A stretch of 64,000 nt of DNA, from contig CALSCP010001735.1 of NCBI GenBank assembly GCA_943704425.1, positions 62,199-126,198 of the forward strand, given 5' to 3'. Positions 62,500 through 64,000 of the stretch are shown in pieces (the first letter of the stretch is position 1; each line of letters begins with the position of its first letter). Position numbers and translations under genes: made by a program. The notes under the pieces are model-generated. The model did no database searches. It was not told the DNA's origin and worked only from the letters and a program-made list of their open reading frames with translations. The stretch comes from Ministeria vibrans ATCC 50519 (lineage: Eukaryota; Protista; Filasterea).

Positions 62500-63155
62500 C
62501 CCGGTACTTCTCATGGTGCAGCCTTTCCTCCTATTGACGAGTCAGCACGAGTGCGACCCGCCTCACTTGTTGATGGGGACATTTACTGGCTCGGTGTGCG
62601 TGGCCAGCGCACCTACTTGGCGCTCAAGAGCATTGTCGAGCTCATTCCCAATGGATTAGTGACGCCAGGAACGTCACGAGCCAGTGGCACCACAACAACC
62701 GACGGTGATGGTGACATTGATGTGGACGGCGACGACAACGACATCATTGCCACGGCGCAAGACAGCGACGCCACCTTTGTCGAGTGGCTCACCAACCTCC
62801 AGTTGTCCTCCTACATCCCCGTCTTTCGCAAATTCGGCTTCAACTCCCTTGCAGCGTGTGCCGATCTCAACGACGAAGACCTCGACATTCTCAACATCAC
62901 TCTTGCGGGCCATCGCAAAGTTCTCAAGGTACAAACTTATTAAAAACACAACAAAAAAAGTGAATAAAAAATAATATAATTATTTATGGTATCTTTTTTT
63001 TTTTTCGATGTGTGCAGGAGTACGGGCGACGTCTGCACGAGCCAGTGCCCGTGGGAATTGGCATGTCCTCCGATGCCAGTCCCGTCCCTGCCCTCACGCC
63101 CTCTCAGATACCTACCAGTCGCACTCTTGCCAAGCGAACTCCCTCTCAACTCTAA
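60122..63155 (+). CDS. p53-family transcription factor, p63/p73-like (DNA-binding domain, oligomerisation domain, SAM), 4 exons
   Basis: GPFNFSV..WIYSSTYNRLFV..PPG..VR..RCPLH..H.TV.VP..CFTSC..VRVCACPIRD; oligomerisation DGDIYWLGVRGQRTY; SAM FVEWLTNLQLSSY..DL..LNI..GHR. Exons 60122-61059, 61368-62186, 62265-62928, 63018-63155. Confidence 0.9.
61142..61290. repeat. (TTA)n-(TTG)n compound microsatellite in p53-family intron 1
   Basis: Read directly from the sequence. Confidence 0.95.
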
Positions 63156-63285
63156 ACCCTTTGTGTTTTTTTTTTTCTTGTTTTTCTTCCTTGCCCCTTT
63201 TCGATTTGTTTCCCATAAAAATCAATCAAGTTTTGCAAACCGCAACATGAATACATCGTAAGACGTGTCACTTGGAAAAGACAAA

Positions 63286-63971
63286 TCAGTCGGTGGAGTC
63301 GGCATCGGCAGGTGGAAGATTGATGGTGACGCGGTGCCATGCGTTGCTCAGCACTCCCCGCACATTCCACACGGCAGCCGTGTCAGACGGTTGCGTATTG
63401 TACCTACACACAAAGCCTTAAAAAGAGACAATTCTGGCAATTTGCTTACGAATGGTCGACTGCCTTGCACACAATAGTCACCGCGCTGTCGGCATTCTTG
63501 GGCACGGGTACGTCCGCATGCCACAGTGTCCAGCTCCATTTGCGCCCAAACTAGAAAACAAACAATATTTTATACATGTAGTCTCATCCAACTAACTGGG
63601 CACATTCCGCTTCAGTGCAACCCTACCTGTTGTGTTTTCCTGCGCTGCCACACCAGCTCATCAGTGTCATCTTTGGCACTATCGGCATCGCCGTAGACTT
63701 GAAGCGTGGCGGTGGTCCAGTGCGCACCCGCATCAGCACTGACGTCAACACGCGCAATACCCTTGCCCCCTCCGCTCCACGCATAGCCCCTCACCGCAAT
63801 CGTTTCCGTCTCCACTCCCGTCTCAGCGTCCGTCTGCGTCTCCGTCTCCACCTGCTCTCCTTCCACTGGTGAACACATGCACGACTGCACCGGCAATTCC
63901 TGGATCGACGGCGCCGAGTCGTAATCCACCGATGCCATGTCGACCGAACTTGAAAATCCTTTGTAGTCGTG
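63286..63971 (-). CDS. SUOX: Sulfite oxidase, C-terminal dimerisation exons (5' part outside the window)
   Basis: [47 protein letters not shown]|[19 protein letters not shown]. Confidence 0.9.
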
Positions 63972-64000
63972 CTGCGTACACACACACACACACAAAAAAA

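Overview
Gene-dense, intron-rich eukaryotic DNA with many (CA)n, (GA)n, poly-A/T and (TTA/TTG)n tracts and five N gaps. The gene set (p63/p73-like with SAM domain, synaptojanin with RRM, Munc13-4-like, selenoprotein K, axonemal dynein DNAI2, chorismate synthase) points to a flagellated unicellular holozoan; this is an inference. About 22 genes can be supported. Highlights: (1) a telomere-repeat (CCCTAA) mosaic at 16.9-18.35 kb next to a 2021-aa single-ORF GREB1-like protein with a circularly permuted SF2 helicase (intact motifs) fused to a TAGT/JGT-type glycosyltransferase, a candidate telomere-linked DNA-modification system; (2) MON2 and SEC24 are split and interleaved, and VPS26 and FCF1 are truncated, exactly at simple-repeat tracts, most likely assembly mis-joins; (3) a SELENOK gene missed by the ORF track, with a UGA-Sec codon and a type II SECIS; (4) a p53-family gene with a ~135-aa insertion in DNA-binding loop L2. 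Exon boundaries were read by eye and family calls come from motif recognition, not database searches.
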